In this document: positions 1-12,817 of the stretch, one piece after another | Numbering within the stretch: position 1 is the first letter of the stretch | Layout: every line of letters starts with the position of its first letter | Source: Hamiltosporidium tvaerminnensis FI-OER-3-3 | Lineage: Eukaryota; Fungi; Microsporidia | Reading direction: 5' to 3' | Length of the DNA stretch: 64,000 nucleotides | NCBI GenBank assembly: GCA_022605425.2 | Contig: CM061246.1 | Location: forward strand, 1,302,001-1,366,000 | Program-made: the position numbers and the translations under genes | The notes under the pieces: generated by a model | Database searches by the model: none | Told to the model about the DNA's origin: nothing | Seen by the model: the letters and a program-made list of their open reading frames with translations, nothing else

Positions 1-1112
1 ACATAAATTTACGACTCACTTTGTTTAGCGGTCAATGTTTTAGCTTCAAAGAAATCAAAAAAGATTTATTTGCAGGAGTAATTAGCGATGATCTGTTTTT
101 TTTGAAAGAATTAAATAAAACGATTTATTTTAACGTTTTTAATTTTAATAAACCATTGGAAATCTATGAAAATATTTTAAACAAGTTTTTCATACTTAAA
201 ATTGATTATCGCTTGCTATGTTTTCGTTGGAAAAACTATAATTTAATTGATTGTGAATGTGAAAACTTTTTAAAGCAAAATGATGGAAAATATAGTAATT
301 TACCTCCAAATTATCAAATTACAGATTATTTACAACCTAATGAAATAAAATATGAAGAGAAAGAAAATATCAGAGCAGATGAGAAATGTTCTGGGGTTGA
401 TATTTATTTAGATAAAAAAATGTTTGATTATTGTTTGGCAGAAAAAGGATTGAGATTATTGAATTTGGATATTTTACTGACTATTTTTTCTTTTATTTGT
501 TCCAGCAATAATAATATCAAAAGAATTGAAAAAATGGTTGACTTTCTATATTCCAAAGGCGAATTTATAACAGAAATGGAAGGTTTCAAATTTTATACAT
601 TTCCTTCACCTCAAAGTTTATATTCTATTAACATAGAAGAATTAAATATAAACAAATTTGGTTATCGATCAAAATATATAATAGATTGCGCAAAATATTT
701 ATTAGAAAATGATTTTTATAAAATTGAAACTGTTTTTGAAAGTAAAATATTTTTGAAGGTAGAAAATATCTTTGAAAGTAAAGATTTTGAAATTACAGAA
801 GAAGTCCATGTTAGTAAAAATTTTAAATCAGAAATACGAAATAATCTAATTAAAATACCAGGAATAGGGAAGAAAGTGGCGGATTGTATTTGTCTAATGG
901 GATTTAAATTTTTAGACATTTGTCCTATTGATATTCATATTTATAAATGGTCAGTTAAAACTTTCGAATTCAAATTCAAAAATCTTAATGATAAAAATTA
1001 TTCTTTAATACAAGAAGAATTCAAAAAATATTTTGGAAAATATTCAGGAATAGCACAACTATTTATTTTTAAAAGTTCTTTGGACAAAAAAGTATTTAAA
1101 TCTATAAATTAA
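1..1112 (+). CDS. OGG1: 8-oxoguanine DNA glycosylase/AP lyase (5' end lies just outside the window)
   Basis: Motifs TLFSGQCF, FSFICSSNNNIKRI, FGYRSKYI, HhH motif IPGIGKKVADCICL (catalytic Lys) and PIDIH (catalytic Asp). The inverted copy shows the missing N-terminus MQWYELKTNQYINLRL. Confidence 0.92.
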   Translation, partial: INLRLTLFSGQCFSFKEIKKDLFAGVISDDLFFLKELNKTIYFNVFNFNKPLEIYENILNKFFILKIDYRLLCFRWKNYNLIDCECENFLKQNDGKYSNLPPNYQITDYLQPNEIKYEEKENIRADEKCSGVDIYLDKKMFDYCLAEKGLRLLNLDILLTIFSFICSSNNNIKRIEKMVDFLYSKGEFITEMEGFKFYTFPSPQSLYSINIEELNINKFGYRSKYIIDCAKYLLENDFYKIETVFESKIFLKVENIFESKDFEITEEVHVSKNFKSEIRNNLIKIPGIGKKVADCICLMGFKFLDICPIDIHIYKWSVKTFEFKFKNLNDKNYSLIQEEFKKYFGKYSGIAQLFIFKSSLDKKVFKSIN

Positions 1113-1237
1113 AAATATATTAATAGGCTTTTTATAGTAAATAAATTTGTATTTCATGTAAGTTTAATCAAATATATTAATTATTAAATTAATATTTAAT
1201 TTATTCTGATTATTTAAGATATTTTTATTATCATTTT

Positions 1238-2056
1238 ATGAAAAGATTCATTGAAGTTATAGATTCTAAGAATAATTCAAAATATAAGAATAATCTATGT
1301 AATAAATTTAAGTCTTTATCAATGAGACTATCAGAATTTCAAGATTTGTTGTTACCTATTATATTTATACTTTTAGTTAGAAGCACTCATAACAGACTTT
1401 TGAATATTTTTAAATTTATGTTTTTGTTACATTCTGGCTATAAAATATATAGAAAATCTTGTGAAAAAAATGGTAAGAAATATATAAAAGATAATAATAA
1501 TTTAGAAAAAATGTTTTTAATTGTCTGTTCAACTATACTATGTTATCACATAACAAAAAATATGTTTACAATGTTTAAAATGAAAGAATACTTAAATATA
1601 TATACGAAGGCTTTGATATATAAAGATGCAAATCGTTTAAATTATTCATTTATAATGAAATTTATTTTAATTTTTGGTTTTGGATTATTTTCAGTTTTAT
1701 CTCCAATTATTGAATTTATACAGAAACCAGAATACACTTTTGAAAATATTAGATTAAATTTCTTCAACGGTAAATTGTTTATTCATGAAAAAGACAAAAA
1801 AGTAGACGAAAACAAATTATTTCTACCTATATTAGTAAATTTTGTAACTAATATTATGTGTAAGCGAGATTTAGGTATTTTTATCATAAATTTATATGAT
1901 TCATTACATGCAATTCAACCTCCTAAGAAAGGAAACAAATACCATAATTATTTTTGTTTGACATTATTTAGGTCTCTATCTAGCTTTTTGGTGTTACAGA
2001 ATACGATAAAATATCTATTCACAAATGAGATGAGCAAAATATGTAGAATAAACTAA
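1238..2056 (+). CDS. hypothetical 272-aa protein with several hydrophobic segments, probably membrane (copy 1)
   Basis: Long ORF kept intact in both arms of the duplication with only 4 aa differences; no family recognised. Confidence 0.7.
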   Translation: MKRFIEVIDSKNNSKYKNNLCNKFKSLSMRLSEFQDLLLPIIFILLVRSTHNRLLNIFKFMFLLHSGYKIYRKSCEKNGKKYIKDNNNLEKMFLIVCSTILCYHITKNMFTMFKMKEYLNIYTKALIYKDANRLNYSFIMKFILIFGFGLFSVLSPIIEFIQKPEYTFENIRLNFFNGKLFIHEKDKKVDENKLFLPILVNFVTNIMCKRDLGIFIINLYDSLHAIQPPKKGNKYHNYFCLTLFRSLSSFLVLQNTIKYLFTNEMSKICRIN

Positions 2057-2178
2057 TTCTCTAATTAAATTTAAATGTTATTTTGTTAAAAATTATTTTT
2101 TAAATATATCTAATTAAGCAGTAAAAAATTGCAAATTTATATATTAGATTTTTAATTATACTATATAATTAGTTTATA

Positions 2179-2480
2179 CAAGAGTAGCCGAACTTTTAGT
2201 CCGTGAGCCATATTGACTCTTTAAAAAATTTGCGAGTCAGAACTCATTGTTTTTACGTAAGGGTTCTGAAAAAATTTTCTTAGATGCTTATAATTAATAT
2301 TTTTTGATGAATATTAAAAGTCTCATTGAGATGTTCAAAAAAATATATATGCATCGTACAATATTTCTTGAGAAAAATATTAAAATAAATTGCTTATTTT
2401 ATAAAGATCTTAAAGCCACACAATCAGTAACTTTCCTTTTTTTATAAAAGGTTTATGTCCGTTTTCTGCACTGTCTAACT
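2179..2480 (+). mobile_element. degenerate hAT-type MITE
   Basis: The start CAAGAGTAGCCGAACTTTT...GAGCCATATTGACTC...GCGAGTCAGAACT is homologous to the left end of the hAT derivative at 15323. Right end is uncertain. Confidence 0.5.
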
Positions 2481-2784
2481 TTAGGGACAGACATTATCTA
2501 AAATATAATACACAGAAAATATTTACAGATTGAAATTAACAGACAATCACTTGAAGCCGTTATAGATAGGTTACACGGGTTTATAAGCTCTAAGATTTCA
2601 ATAATTTATTGGGAGAACTCTTGATATTATCAACTCATTAATAAATAATTATGTACATATGTTTTTTGTTATAACATTAAATTTTTTAGTATGAAATAAA
2701 AAAAAATATTTATGGTTTAAAAAACTTGAAAAAACTAAGTAAATTCATTTTATAATTTAGCTATATTTCTTTTTTTGGGTTGAG

Positions 2785-3487
2785 GGTGGATAATACATAA
2801 AAAACTTTGGGCTTGGCAATGAGTGTGTGAAACTGGTTTGAGGATCATTGTTTGGATTTTTGGTGAGAATAAACCCACACTTCATCTTAGGTTGCTCCAC
2901 GGAGGTTTGCATGAGGGGGAGAGGTCTACGAAATGGCGAAAGTTTTTCTACAAATTTATTCGTAGATTTTTACGTAACTAGATTGCTGATCGCAGCTAAA
3001 CATGTAGTAATCGCCATGTAAAAGCATGAAAGCCTAGCCTTGTTCACTCGGGTTAGATGGCTTGGGGCTGGGAAAATATAAGAATAAAACCATTTGAAGC
3101 CCGAAAAGCTAAGTAGCAGGTTATAACTGTTGGTAGGACAAATCACTGTCTAGGTGGGCCCCATTTAAGCCTCTGAAATACATCTTAGATGGCAGTTTAT
3201 TGGGTTTATAAACTTTAGAGTAAGTAAGAATGCTGTATGTCTTAAGGGTGCCAAGGGTTAGCTTCAGCCTTCGATCACACTTCATGCAACGGGAATTAAC
3301 GAACTTCGGCGATTTCTGTGCTAATAATTAGGTTCTACACACCTGGTAGATGAAAATCTTTAAGACGTATCATCACAGGGAGTACCGATATAGTGTTAAT
3401 AGCAATTATTTATGTTAAACCTAGAACTGCGTTAATGTCCTGAAAACAAAACAACACTTACCACGTTTAAAAAAGATGTGATACTTT
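2785..3487 (+). repeat. dispersed ~700-bp element family A, copy 1
   Basis: Colinear blocks ATCATTGTTTGGATTTT, GCCATGTAAAAGCATG, CACTCGGGTTAG, GAATGCTG, TAAACCTA..ACTGCGTTAAT and AAAAGATGTGATACTTT are shared with the other copies. Confidence 0.9.
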
Positions 3488-5575
3488 CTTTTTTAAAAAA
3501 TTTTGATTTATCTTATTAATCTCATTCCACTTAATGCTCAAAAAGAGTAATTGTTATTTATCACATCATATTAGAACTATTCTAATATAAAGAGTAAAAG
3601 TACTGGAAATTTATTGTCGTATGACCTAGAAAGCTTTTCTTTTTGACATACTTCTCAATCTTATATAAACCTAATATTTTCTTCTTTAACAAATTCAAAA
3701 GTTCATAAAGCAGTTCTTAAGTTTCTCACCATTTGTAATTAAAATATTTTTGTGAACAATCTATTTTATCCCAGTATAATATTTTCAAGCGTCATATTAA
3801 ATTGTTCATAAACATTTTTTGACTTTCGTGATTTTTCATGGGTCTCTAGCAAAATTTTTTTTCTTTTTATTATCAATCAATTTTTTTTAATTTATGTAAC
3901 ATTTTTGAGCCAAGAAACTTTGCATTCTCGTTGGTTTCTAGCAACATTATTTTTATTTCATTTATTCTGAGCAGCAGTTTTATTTTACCAGACATTTTCT
4001 TCCTTTTTTTTAGGTGAATTCTCAATTGCAAACAGAGATTAGTTTAATCCTAGAGATTTTTAAGCCTTAACTCATCTATTCAAAGTTATTTTTCTGCTAT
4101 TGAATAAAAATTCATCGTAAACCTGCATATAAACCATTAAATTTGTTCTTTATTCAAATAGCAATCAACAAAACTTATTTGGTCTATATACGCTATGTTC
4201 AATTATGTTATTTTTGCTTTTATTAGCATTAAATATTTCAAAATAGTAGGCTTTTTATCTGTTTTCCAATTTACTTATCACATTGTACTTTCTTATTCAG
4301 AATTATTTTATTATTTTTCATATGTAAATAATATCGAAGGAATATCTTTCCTTTTAAATTTTTGCGTGTTTAATATGTGTTAAAGATTTAAAGATTTTTG
4401 TTTTGTCAGATTTTAAAACAAATTCTTCAAGTTTACTTTAAGACACATTATAATGCTGCAAAAATTTTATTATTATTTCTATAATTAAAATTTTTCACAC
4501 TATACTTGATATTATTTATCTATGTTCTTGCACATTAAAATTTTTAATAATTTACCCAATCATGTGTATAATTATTGCTTTTATAATATAAATAGTTAAT
4601 TCAACTTGGTTTTTACCAGTCGGGCCAGTCTTTTATTTTAAACACAATAATATTTCATTTGGTTTTTTTATTTATCAAATAGTATCGTAGCAACTAAAAG
4701 ATATTGCAGCACATTAAAGTCATCATACCATATTTCCCCAAATTATTTATATTTTGCGGATATTCGCTTAACTTACCACTATTGTGCGATATTCCTTTCA
4801 ATTTAGAGTCTTATAATGTATTACATGAAGATGAAATTGCTTTGCATGTAATATCTCAAACTGGGAAATATATTTTATGTGTATAATCTAACATGTTGAC
4901 ACAAATGATTAGTTTTCACTTTCAACACTATCTTTGTAGGCATTTAAGTTAATAACTTAGGAAATATATTTAGATGAATAGAGTGAAGTTATATGTATAC
5001 GCATAATATATAATAAATCATGTCTGCAATATGTTAGATGATACAAACTAAGCCTTAAACATTCTAATATAGAAAGCTTTAAGTACCATAAAAGATAAAA
5101 CATATGTTATTAAAATGAGCAGATAAATGGTTAAAAATTTTCTTCTAACATGTACAAAATAATTGTAAGGTTCGATGTCGAAAATAGATGCAAAAAAATA
5201 TTGGAAAATCTAATCTAAAAAATTAAGTTATATGCAATAATTTTTGTACTATACAAATGTATGAATTTACGAATAAGACTATTATAATTACGAAAGATTA
5301 TTTTCCGGTGCAAAGACCATTATTATTAAAAACGACCAAAAATATACATAGAATTAAATACAAGGATGGTTTAAATAAAGCAGAACTACATTAAACCAAG
5401 GGCCTTGATTTAAACTATCTAGATTTCGAATTACAAATAATAAATCACCATATAATATTTCATTTTAATCAGATACACTTTTTCTGATGCAATTGATTTT
5501 GTCCTTTTTTGATCCATCTCTTTCTACTAATTATAGATTATTTAACAATAATTTACTATATTTGAAAATGTGTGA

Positions 5576-5745
5576 CTAAAAATGTTGATTTATAGAATGA
5601 GAATAACCATTATTATGTTTCCCAATTGAAATATTCATTATTCAAAGAAACTCACTAAAAATTTTGATTTATAGAGTACGAGTAATCATTATTATTTTTC
5701 ACATTCAAATATTTATAATTCAAAAGAAAATTACTAAAATTTGCA
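5576..5745. repeat. diverged tandem duplication, ~78-bp unit x2
   Basis: ACTAAAAAT(G/T)TTGATTTATAGA...CATTATTAT...ATTCAAA occurs twice in tandem. Confidence 0.7.
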
Positions 5746-6572
5746 AGTTAAATAATGAATTCAAAAATAATTATTAACACTTTTATTATTTAAAATTTTA
5801 AAGCAAAACATTTGCCACCATCAAAATCATAAAATTTTACAAATAAAACTCTATAAAAATAAATCCAAAGTATAAATTTATTAAGAATCTAAAATGCAAA
5901 TTTAAGATATTTTTTTGTCAATCATTTATATTTAAAATAAAATATTTAATTACTTTCAAATTTTGAAATATTTTTATTTTTTTGAATTTATACGTATTAT
6001 TTCTTCAACTAAAACTAATTTAAAAAATGTTTTGATTTCGCTCTAATACCACACGTTTTTATAAAAAAACCAAATTAATTAGTTTCATTTATAAACAAAA
6101 TATTTCTAAAATAATAAACTTTGAATGTATCTAATCTAAAAAACAAATGCTAAATTCTAAAATTTCAAATTAAAACATCGATCTAACTTTAAATTAAAAC
6201 TTTTTTACATAAAATTTTGAATGATTATAATATAAAAACCAGATAAATGTTAATTTAGCAGTTATAGAAATTGTTTAATTTAAATTATATTTTTAAAGCA
6301 TTTTATTGTTTTTTTGAAATAAAAAGAGTTATTCAAGTTAAATTCATTATTTTTTCAAATTATTGGAATTTTTAAAAATATTTAATTTCATAAAAATCAA
6401 GTAAACAAAAAAATATTTTTACATATTTAACAGTCTAATGATTTAAATCTAGAAAAAATAAAAATTGAGTTTTGTACTTGAAAAAACTTTTGCAAATGAG
6501 TACAATATAATGTGGTTTATAAAAAACACCTAGTAAGTCGAATATATGTAAGAATAATATTTTCTCGTTATG

Positions 6573-6765
6573 CAGATATAATAAATGAATTCAGATATAT
6601 AGTAAACGAATTCACACCTATAGTTAATAAATTCACATATATTAGTTAACAAATTCACATATATAGTAAACAAATTCACATCTATAGTTAATAAATCACA
6701 GATATAGTTAATAAATTCACAAATATTATAAATAAATTCACTGATATAATAAATAAATTCACTGA
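6573..6765. repeat. minisatellite, ~21-bp unit x ~9
   Basis: CACA(T/G)ATATAGT(T/A)AA(T/C)AAATT units upstream of CTP synthase. Confidence 0.85.
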
Positions 6766-7237
6766 TTTAAATATTTACAGATCAAAAATCAATTTGACAT
6801 TTTGATTTTTGACATTTCTATATTTGAAATATTTTTTAAATATATTTATTTTTTCCAATTAAATTTCTAAAAAAACCGATGCATCAAAGCAAACAATTCG
6901 AAATAAACTGCTATATAACAGTTTGAAGTAAAACTTTTGAAAATGCTTTACTTTCAAAATGTTCCAATAACATTTTACAAACTATATTTTTATCAAATTT
7001 AAATAAAAAATATTTAAAAATTGATTTATCAAATATAGATCAAACACTTAGATTTTCTTATCAAACATCAGAAAATTTTATTCAATAAAATGCTATTCTA
7101 AGAAACAAAATATTCAATTGATTCTAATTTGAAACAAAAATAAATAAAAGTATAAAAATATTTCAAAAAAATAAACCATCATGAAAAGAAACCAAAACTA
7201 TAAAAAATCAAATTCGAACCCCTTTATCACAAAAAAA

Positions 7238-9067
7238 ATGAAATATATTGTAGTAATAGGAGGATCATTAAGTAACATTGGTAAAGGATTGGTTTCAAGT
7301 TCTACCGGTGTGTTACTCAAATCAAAAGAGTATGATGTAAGTTTCATAAAAATTGATCCGTATATTAATATTGATGCAGGAAGACTGAGTCCATCAGATC
7401 ATGGCGAAGTTTATGTGTTAGAAGATGGCAGTGAAGTTGATATGGATTTTGGTAATTATGAAAGATTCTTAAACATTGGTCTATCAAATTTAAATTCCAT
7501 CACAACTGGAAAAATATACGATGAAGTTATAAAAAGAGTAAAAAGTGGATTTTACATGGCAAAAACGGTTCAAATAACTCCACATGTCACTGATTACATT
7601 GAAGAAAGAATACAAAAGGTTTCAAGACTCGAAGTGAAAGAAGAAGATGGAAGTTACATACCAGACATATGTATTATTGAACTTGGTGGTACGCCTAGTG
7701 ACATAGAATCTATTATTTTTGTTGAAGCATTGCGACGTCTCAAAAATAAAGTTGGACCGAGTAATTTCATGATAATTTCTGTCGAATTTCTACCAAAAAT
7801 GCAAAACGGAGATCAAAAAACAAAAATTGCACAAAGCTCTGTTAAAAAAGCTGCTTCGTTGGGAATCAAACCAGATGTGATTATAACGAGATGTGACAAC
7901 TCTTTGAGCCAATCAACTAAGCAAAAAATATCGGATTTCTGTGAAATTTCTATCAATGATGTTTATGATCTGCCAATTACTGTTGATGCCTATGATGTGC
8001 CAAATGTTTTGAATATTCAAAATTATTTTGATTCGTTCGTAAAACATTTAAATTTGGAAAATAAAAATTCTTCATCGCTTCTTTATTTCCCAAATTTGAA
8101 TAGAATTAATGAAAAATCATTGGATATTGCAATTGTTGGAAAATATACATCAAACTCAGATTGTTATTTATCAGTTGTAAATGCATTAAGAATTTCTTGT
8201 GCCAAATACAACCATCATGCTAATATTGTATGGATTGAATCGACAGATTTGGAAGAAATAGCAGATTGCAATTCCCTGTTTAATAATATTGATGCCATGT
8301 TGATTCCAGGTGGATTTGGTACTCGGGGAATTGAAGGAAAAATTACTGCTGCAAAATATGCAAGAGAAAACAATATACCCTTTCTTGGTATATGTTTAGG
8401 CTTCCAAGTAGCTGTGATTGAATTCTGTCGTAATGTTTTGAAAATAAGTGACGCAAATTCTGAAGAATTTGATGCTTTGGGTAAAAACAAGGTTATTATT
8501 CGAATGAGAAATAAAATCAATCAAAATATTGAAATTACCGATTCGAATAAAGAAAATCAAATTTCTACCTTTCAAACTGACAACAAATTTAAAGTTCAAA
8601 AAAATAATGTCGGACTATCATATTCTAAAAATACGGATTTAAATCAGGAAAAAATTTGTCTCGGAAAAACTTTGGATTTAAAAACTACGGATTCATATAT
8701 ATTGACTGATGAAGTAATTGAGGAAATATCAGGGATGAAAATTAGATCTGGAAAACACGACATAAATCTTAAAAAAGAATCGAAAGCTTTTGAAATATAT
8801 TTTTCATCAGTTATTTCAGAACGCCATCGTCACCGATACGAAGTGAATTCAGCTTATGCTTCAAAATTACAAAAAGCAGGACTTCTTTTTGTTGGGCACA
8901 GTGTAAGAGATAATCGTATAGAAATGCTTGAACTTAGCGATCATCCTTTTTTTATTGGTGTTCAATATCATCCAGAATTCAATGCAAGGCCAGAAAAATC
9001 TCATCCTCTTTTCAATGCATTTATTGAGGAAGCAATCAAGAGAAAATACAATGATCAATTTTTCTGA
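7238..9067 (+). CDS. URA7: CTP synthase
   Basis: Motifs KYIVVIGGSLSNIGKG, KIDPYINIDAG, HGEVYVLEDG, GICLG (catalytic Cys), ERHRHRYEVN and QYHPEF. ATG 7238 follows a CCCC motif and matches the family N-terminus; the ORF track starts at 7181. Confidence 0.97.
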   Translation: MKYIVVIGGSLSNIGKGLVSSSTGVLLKSKEYDVSFIKIDPYINIDAGRLSPSDHGEVYVLEDGSEVDMDFGNYERFLNIGLSNLNSITTGKIYDEVIKRVKSGFYMAKTVQITPHVTDYIEERIQKVSRLEVKEEDGSYIPDICIIELGGTPSDIESIIFVEALRRLKNKVGPSNFMIISVEFLPKMQNGDQKTKIAQSSVKKAASLGIKPDVIITRCDNSLSQSTKQKISDFCEISINDVYDLPITVDAYDVPNVLNIQNYFDSFVKHLNLENKNSSSLLYFPNLNRINEKSLDIAIVGKYTSNSDCYLSVVNALRISCAKYNHHANIVWIESTDLEEIADCNSLFNNIDAMLIPGGFGTRGIEGKITAAKYARENNIPFLGICLGFQVAVIEFCRNVLKISDANSEEFDALGKNKVIIRMRNKINQNIEITDSNKENQISTFQTDNKFKVQKNNVGLSYSKNTDLNQEKICLGKTLDLKTTDSYILTDEVIEEISGMKIRSGKHDINLKKESKAFEIYFSSVISERHRHRYEVNSAYASKLQKAGLLFVGHSVRDNRIEMLELSDHPFFIGVQYHPEFNARPEKSHPLFNAFIEEAIKRKYNDQFF

Positions 9068-9737
9068 TAAAGTTAAAATAAATAAAATCCATGATATTTT
9101 ATAATCAATAAATCATTTTAAAATAAGTTTTATATTTCAAAATCTAATCTTTTGTTTTTAAATTATAATTATATTTCGAATGTTGGTTTTCAAAACCTAA
9201 AGGTCGTGTTTTTTTCTGTTTTAAAATTCTCCACTGAGAAATAATTTTAAAGTATTTTATATTATATTAAAAATTGCAAAAATTTACAACTAAATGACAA
9301 ATTATTAAAAGTTTAAATTATGAATAAAACTGAAATTATTTAAAATTATAAGAAATTTGTGAAAATTTTATTCGATTTCGTTTACAAATTTTAAAGTTTT
9401 TATTATTTATCAATTAAAAAATTTGATTGAAAGTTACTATTAAATGTTTAAAATTTTAGACAGACTTTGTATCGTTGATTAATTAGAAATAAAATATATT
9501 TAAAATTTAATAAACCTTTTAAAGATACTTTGTTAGATTAAAAGCTGTTTATGAAGATAAATCTTACATTTTTTTCTATTCATTCATAAATTATCTAATT
9601 TTATATTTTTATACATCATTTCTTCTAAAATAAGAATTTATCATTCAAAAAATCTGAAATGCCCAAAATTCTAAAGAAAATGGAATGTAAATTTAAAAAG
9701 ATACCTTAGAATTTATATTCTGAACCCTTCATATAAT

Positions 9738-10027
9738 ATGACACTTCGGGAAAAAATTTACAAAGTCTTAAATGATGGATTAATACCAGTTGAATTAAAA
9801 GTTGAACCTCGTGCCAAATATGAAGGGTGTCAGAGCAATGATCTCTATATTTTTATTGTGGCAGATATATTTGAAGAAAAGGTATTTTTATAACTAATTA
9901 GAGTCATTTAGAACGAAATAGAATGGTTAACGAATTAATAGAGCCGTTTTTTAAGGATGGTTTGCATTCAGTTGAGATTGACTGTTGGACTTCATATGAG
10001 AATTCTAACTTTACAAAATCTTTATAA
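9738..10027 (+). CDS. BolA-family protein, 89 aa, 2 exons (9738-9881, 9902-10027)
   Basis: Removing the 20-nt intron GTATTTTTATAACTAATTAG gives MTLREKIYKVLNDGLIPVELKVE...YIFIVADIFEEK/SHLERNRMVNELIEPFFKDGLHSVEIDCWT. This fits the BolA pattern IVSxxFEGKxxLxRxRxVN...GLHA. CCC motif lies upstream of the ATG. Confidence 0.88.
9882..9901 (+). other. 20-nt spliceosomal intron
   Basis: GT...CTAA-TTAG; removal restores the BolA reading frame. Confidence 0.85.
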
Positions 10028-10332
10028 AACATTATTTAATAAATATGTTTTTATCTTTTTTAAAAATATTCCTTGGTTTACATTTACAAACGATTATCTT
10101 ATCTCTTCAAAGAAACATTGTTTTATGTACGATATGAGGACACCATATAGTTTTTCATTTTTTGAATTTTTTTTCTAAAAGGTAGTTGTATCAATTATGA
10201 TTATAAATTATATAAATTAAAACCAATGAACTAATAATGACTTTATCTCATTTTTCTAAATTACAATAATAGTAGAAATTCTGCTTGAGTTTTTTTCTTG
10301 TCAATAGAATTGTATAAATCGAGTGTAGGAAT

Positions 10333-11035
10333 GAGGCAATAAATACATTAAAATTATTCGATTGACAATTCTTAGACCAAACGATGTAAAAATCATTGTT
10401 TGGATTTTCGTATGGATAAAAACCACATTATATTTTTGGTCGTGCTATGAAAATTCTTAGGAGGAAGTTAACATCTATAAAATTGTGAAAATATTTCCAC
10501 AAAGTAATTTTTGGTTTTTTATGTACCTAAAACCGAAGCCCGAATTAAACTTGTTAGGGTTTTGCAATGCAAAAGCATGGAACCTTGCTTTGTACACTCG
10601 GGCTAGAAACTTATTGTATGAGAGATACAAAAAAATATACTCTTAATAAAGCCAGGAAAGATAATTATTGGGTTATACTAGCTTGTGTGATATTTAATAA
10701 GCCTATCTAAACCTATATAATTCGCCGAGATTTATTTCATTTAGAACTAGATTTGGTTTGGGATTTTAGGGTACCAGAAAATGTTTCTGATCTTGTGATG
10801 GCCAAAAATGAATTCCGATATGCCATCACACTTCTGGTAAATGAGTATAGTCAAACTTTCGATAACTGTTCCGCTGTTATATGGTCTGCACACATTTTTT
10901 GGATAAAAATATACAGAATATAGGTACCTAAAGGATAGCGATTGAGTTTGAAAATCAATTATCTAGATAAACCTAAAAATCCGCGAATATCACGAATAAA
11001 ATTAAAACATGTTACTGTTTTAAAAGATGAATGAT
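10333..11035 (+). repeat. dispersed element family A, copy 2 (diverged)
   Basis: ATCATTGTTTGGATTTT, AAAAGCATGG, CACTCGGGCTAG, TAAACCTAAAA and TAAAAGATGA in the same order as in copy 1. Confidence 0.8.
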
Positions 11036-12817
11036 TATTGAAATATGATCAGAAAATATATTTCTATAGAAAATATTAGATGGTTTTTTATATTAACTAA
11101 TACAGAATATTAACATATGGAAATATTTTTTTTTCTGATTTAGTTCAATCTGTTTATATCTATTTCACAAACCACTGATTTTTCATCTTCTATTAACTGT
11201 TCACTTATATATCAATAAAATTTGCAAAAATACAGAAAATTTAAATTTCATGCTATATTAATACAAATTTGTGCCAGTTTTTCACCGAAAAATTAATTAT
11301 TTTAGTTGGAACAAATGTCTAAAATTATCCAGAAATACGCATTTAAATATATTTTATAGAGCAGAAAGTCAATAAAAATAGCCAATATTTAAATTTTAAG
11401 GCTTACGAATCAAGGAAATTTTGAGTAATTTTATTAATCTCTGTGTATTTTATTTAATTATTGATTTATTAAGCAAGAGCATATGCTTTTTAGTTTTGAT
11501 ATAGAATACCTTGTATTATCTTCATTTTCAGTTGATATTTTAACATTAGGTATGTAAAGAATTCAATCGAGTAACTTCATTCTTTAAAAAGGTTAATTTT
11601 GTTTGTAAAGATTCGAATTATTTAAAAATTGTATTTTATTATTTGACATATTTATGATTATCATTATATTATGGTATTTTTTGATCCCAGAATTATTTTA
11701 GATTAATGGCAGCGTTTCGCGCGATTCCTATTGTGAAGAAAATTTTCTCCCCGAAATTTATACATTAGATACCTTCTTTATTATGTTGTTATAGATATAA
11801 TATTAAAAAAAACCAACAAAAATGTTAAGTATATTTTTATTTTAACGATTCAAATGCCTTTTTACGTATTTATATTGTTTGATAGTTAAATTATATTTTT
11901 CAATGTCAAAAATATCTATCATACCAGGATAGTTAAACTTTGCTTAGGTGTGTGTTTCTTAGCGGAAAATAACCATTATAATGTAGCAAATTGAAATATA
12001 ATTCCCGGTTGAATTTATATTTCTCAAAAATTTACGCTTAGACATTTAATGTATTAAGTTAAAATGATATCACCTTATGATTAGGTTTTAAATGAGTAAT
12101 GTGGTTCAACATACTAATTGGATAAATAAAATAATTTTTTGTGCTCGATTTGAAATAAACTTCATAAAATATACGTAAAGAGATATAATTTTGAAAAATG
12201 GCAATATTCGAGATATTATTAATTTCTTGTGTCGTTTTTAACACAAACTCTATTAGGGTACACTTAAAATTATGATATACCTCACTTCCTGTGATAGGAC
12301 TTCACATATCTTAAAAGTCTTCTTGTATTTAATATTTTTGCAAGGTAGTCATAATATTGTTTGGTTTTCAATCTGAGTATTTAACAATAATCAAAAACAA
12401 AAAATACATATATTTGTCGGTTAATACCGAATTTTTCCAAACACCAAAAACCTAAACTTTATTTACCATTAACAAATTTATGGCAAATAAATCGTAAATA
12501 ATCTGTAAGTTTACATATATAAGATTTAATTTCTTGAATATTTAGAAAATATAGAATTGGCTTATAAAAATAAAAACAAGCACCGAAAAAAAAATTTTGC
12601 TGAATATTTCATATCTACTTAACTAAATAGACTTATATCGAGTAGAAGCGACTTTATATTTAAAAAAATTATTACGTTTTATATTTTTAAAATCTGAAAA
12701 CAATATGAAGTTTAAATTTATTTATTTGTTAATTATTTATAAAAGTTAATAAGCTATTGATATAAAAAAATTGAGGCATATTTAGAAAAAAATACATACA
12801 TTATCTTAAAACCTCGT

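Larger units (their letters stand above)
1..2140 (+). repeat. left arm of inverted segmental duplication (partner ~16088-18230)
   Basis: Reverse-complement near-identity across OGG1, the spacer and the 272-aa gene. Identity stops at ...gcaaatttat (2140, matching 16088). Confidence 0.95.

Noticed and set aside
3500-4900. Possible decayed gene or TE on the minus strand
   Set aside because: Only broken frames with no recognisable motif.
9957-10178. 73-aa ORF
   Set aside because: Out-of-frame overlap with BolA exon 2.
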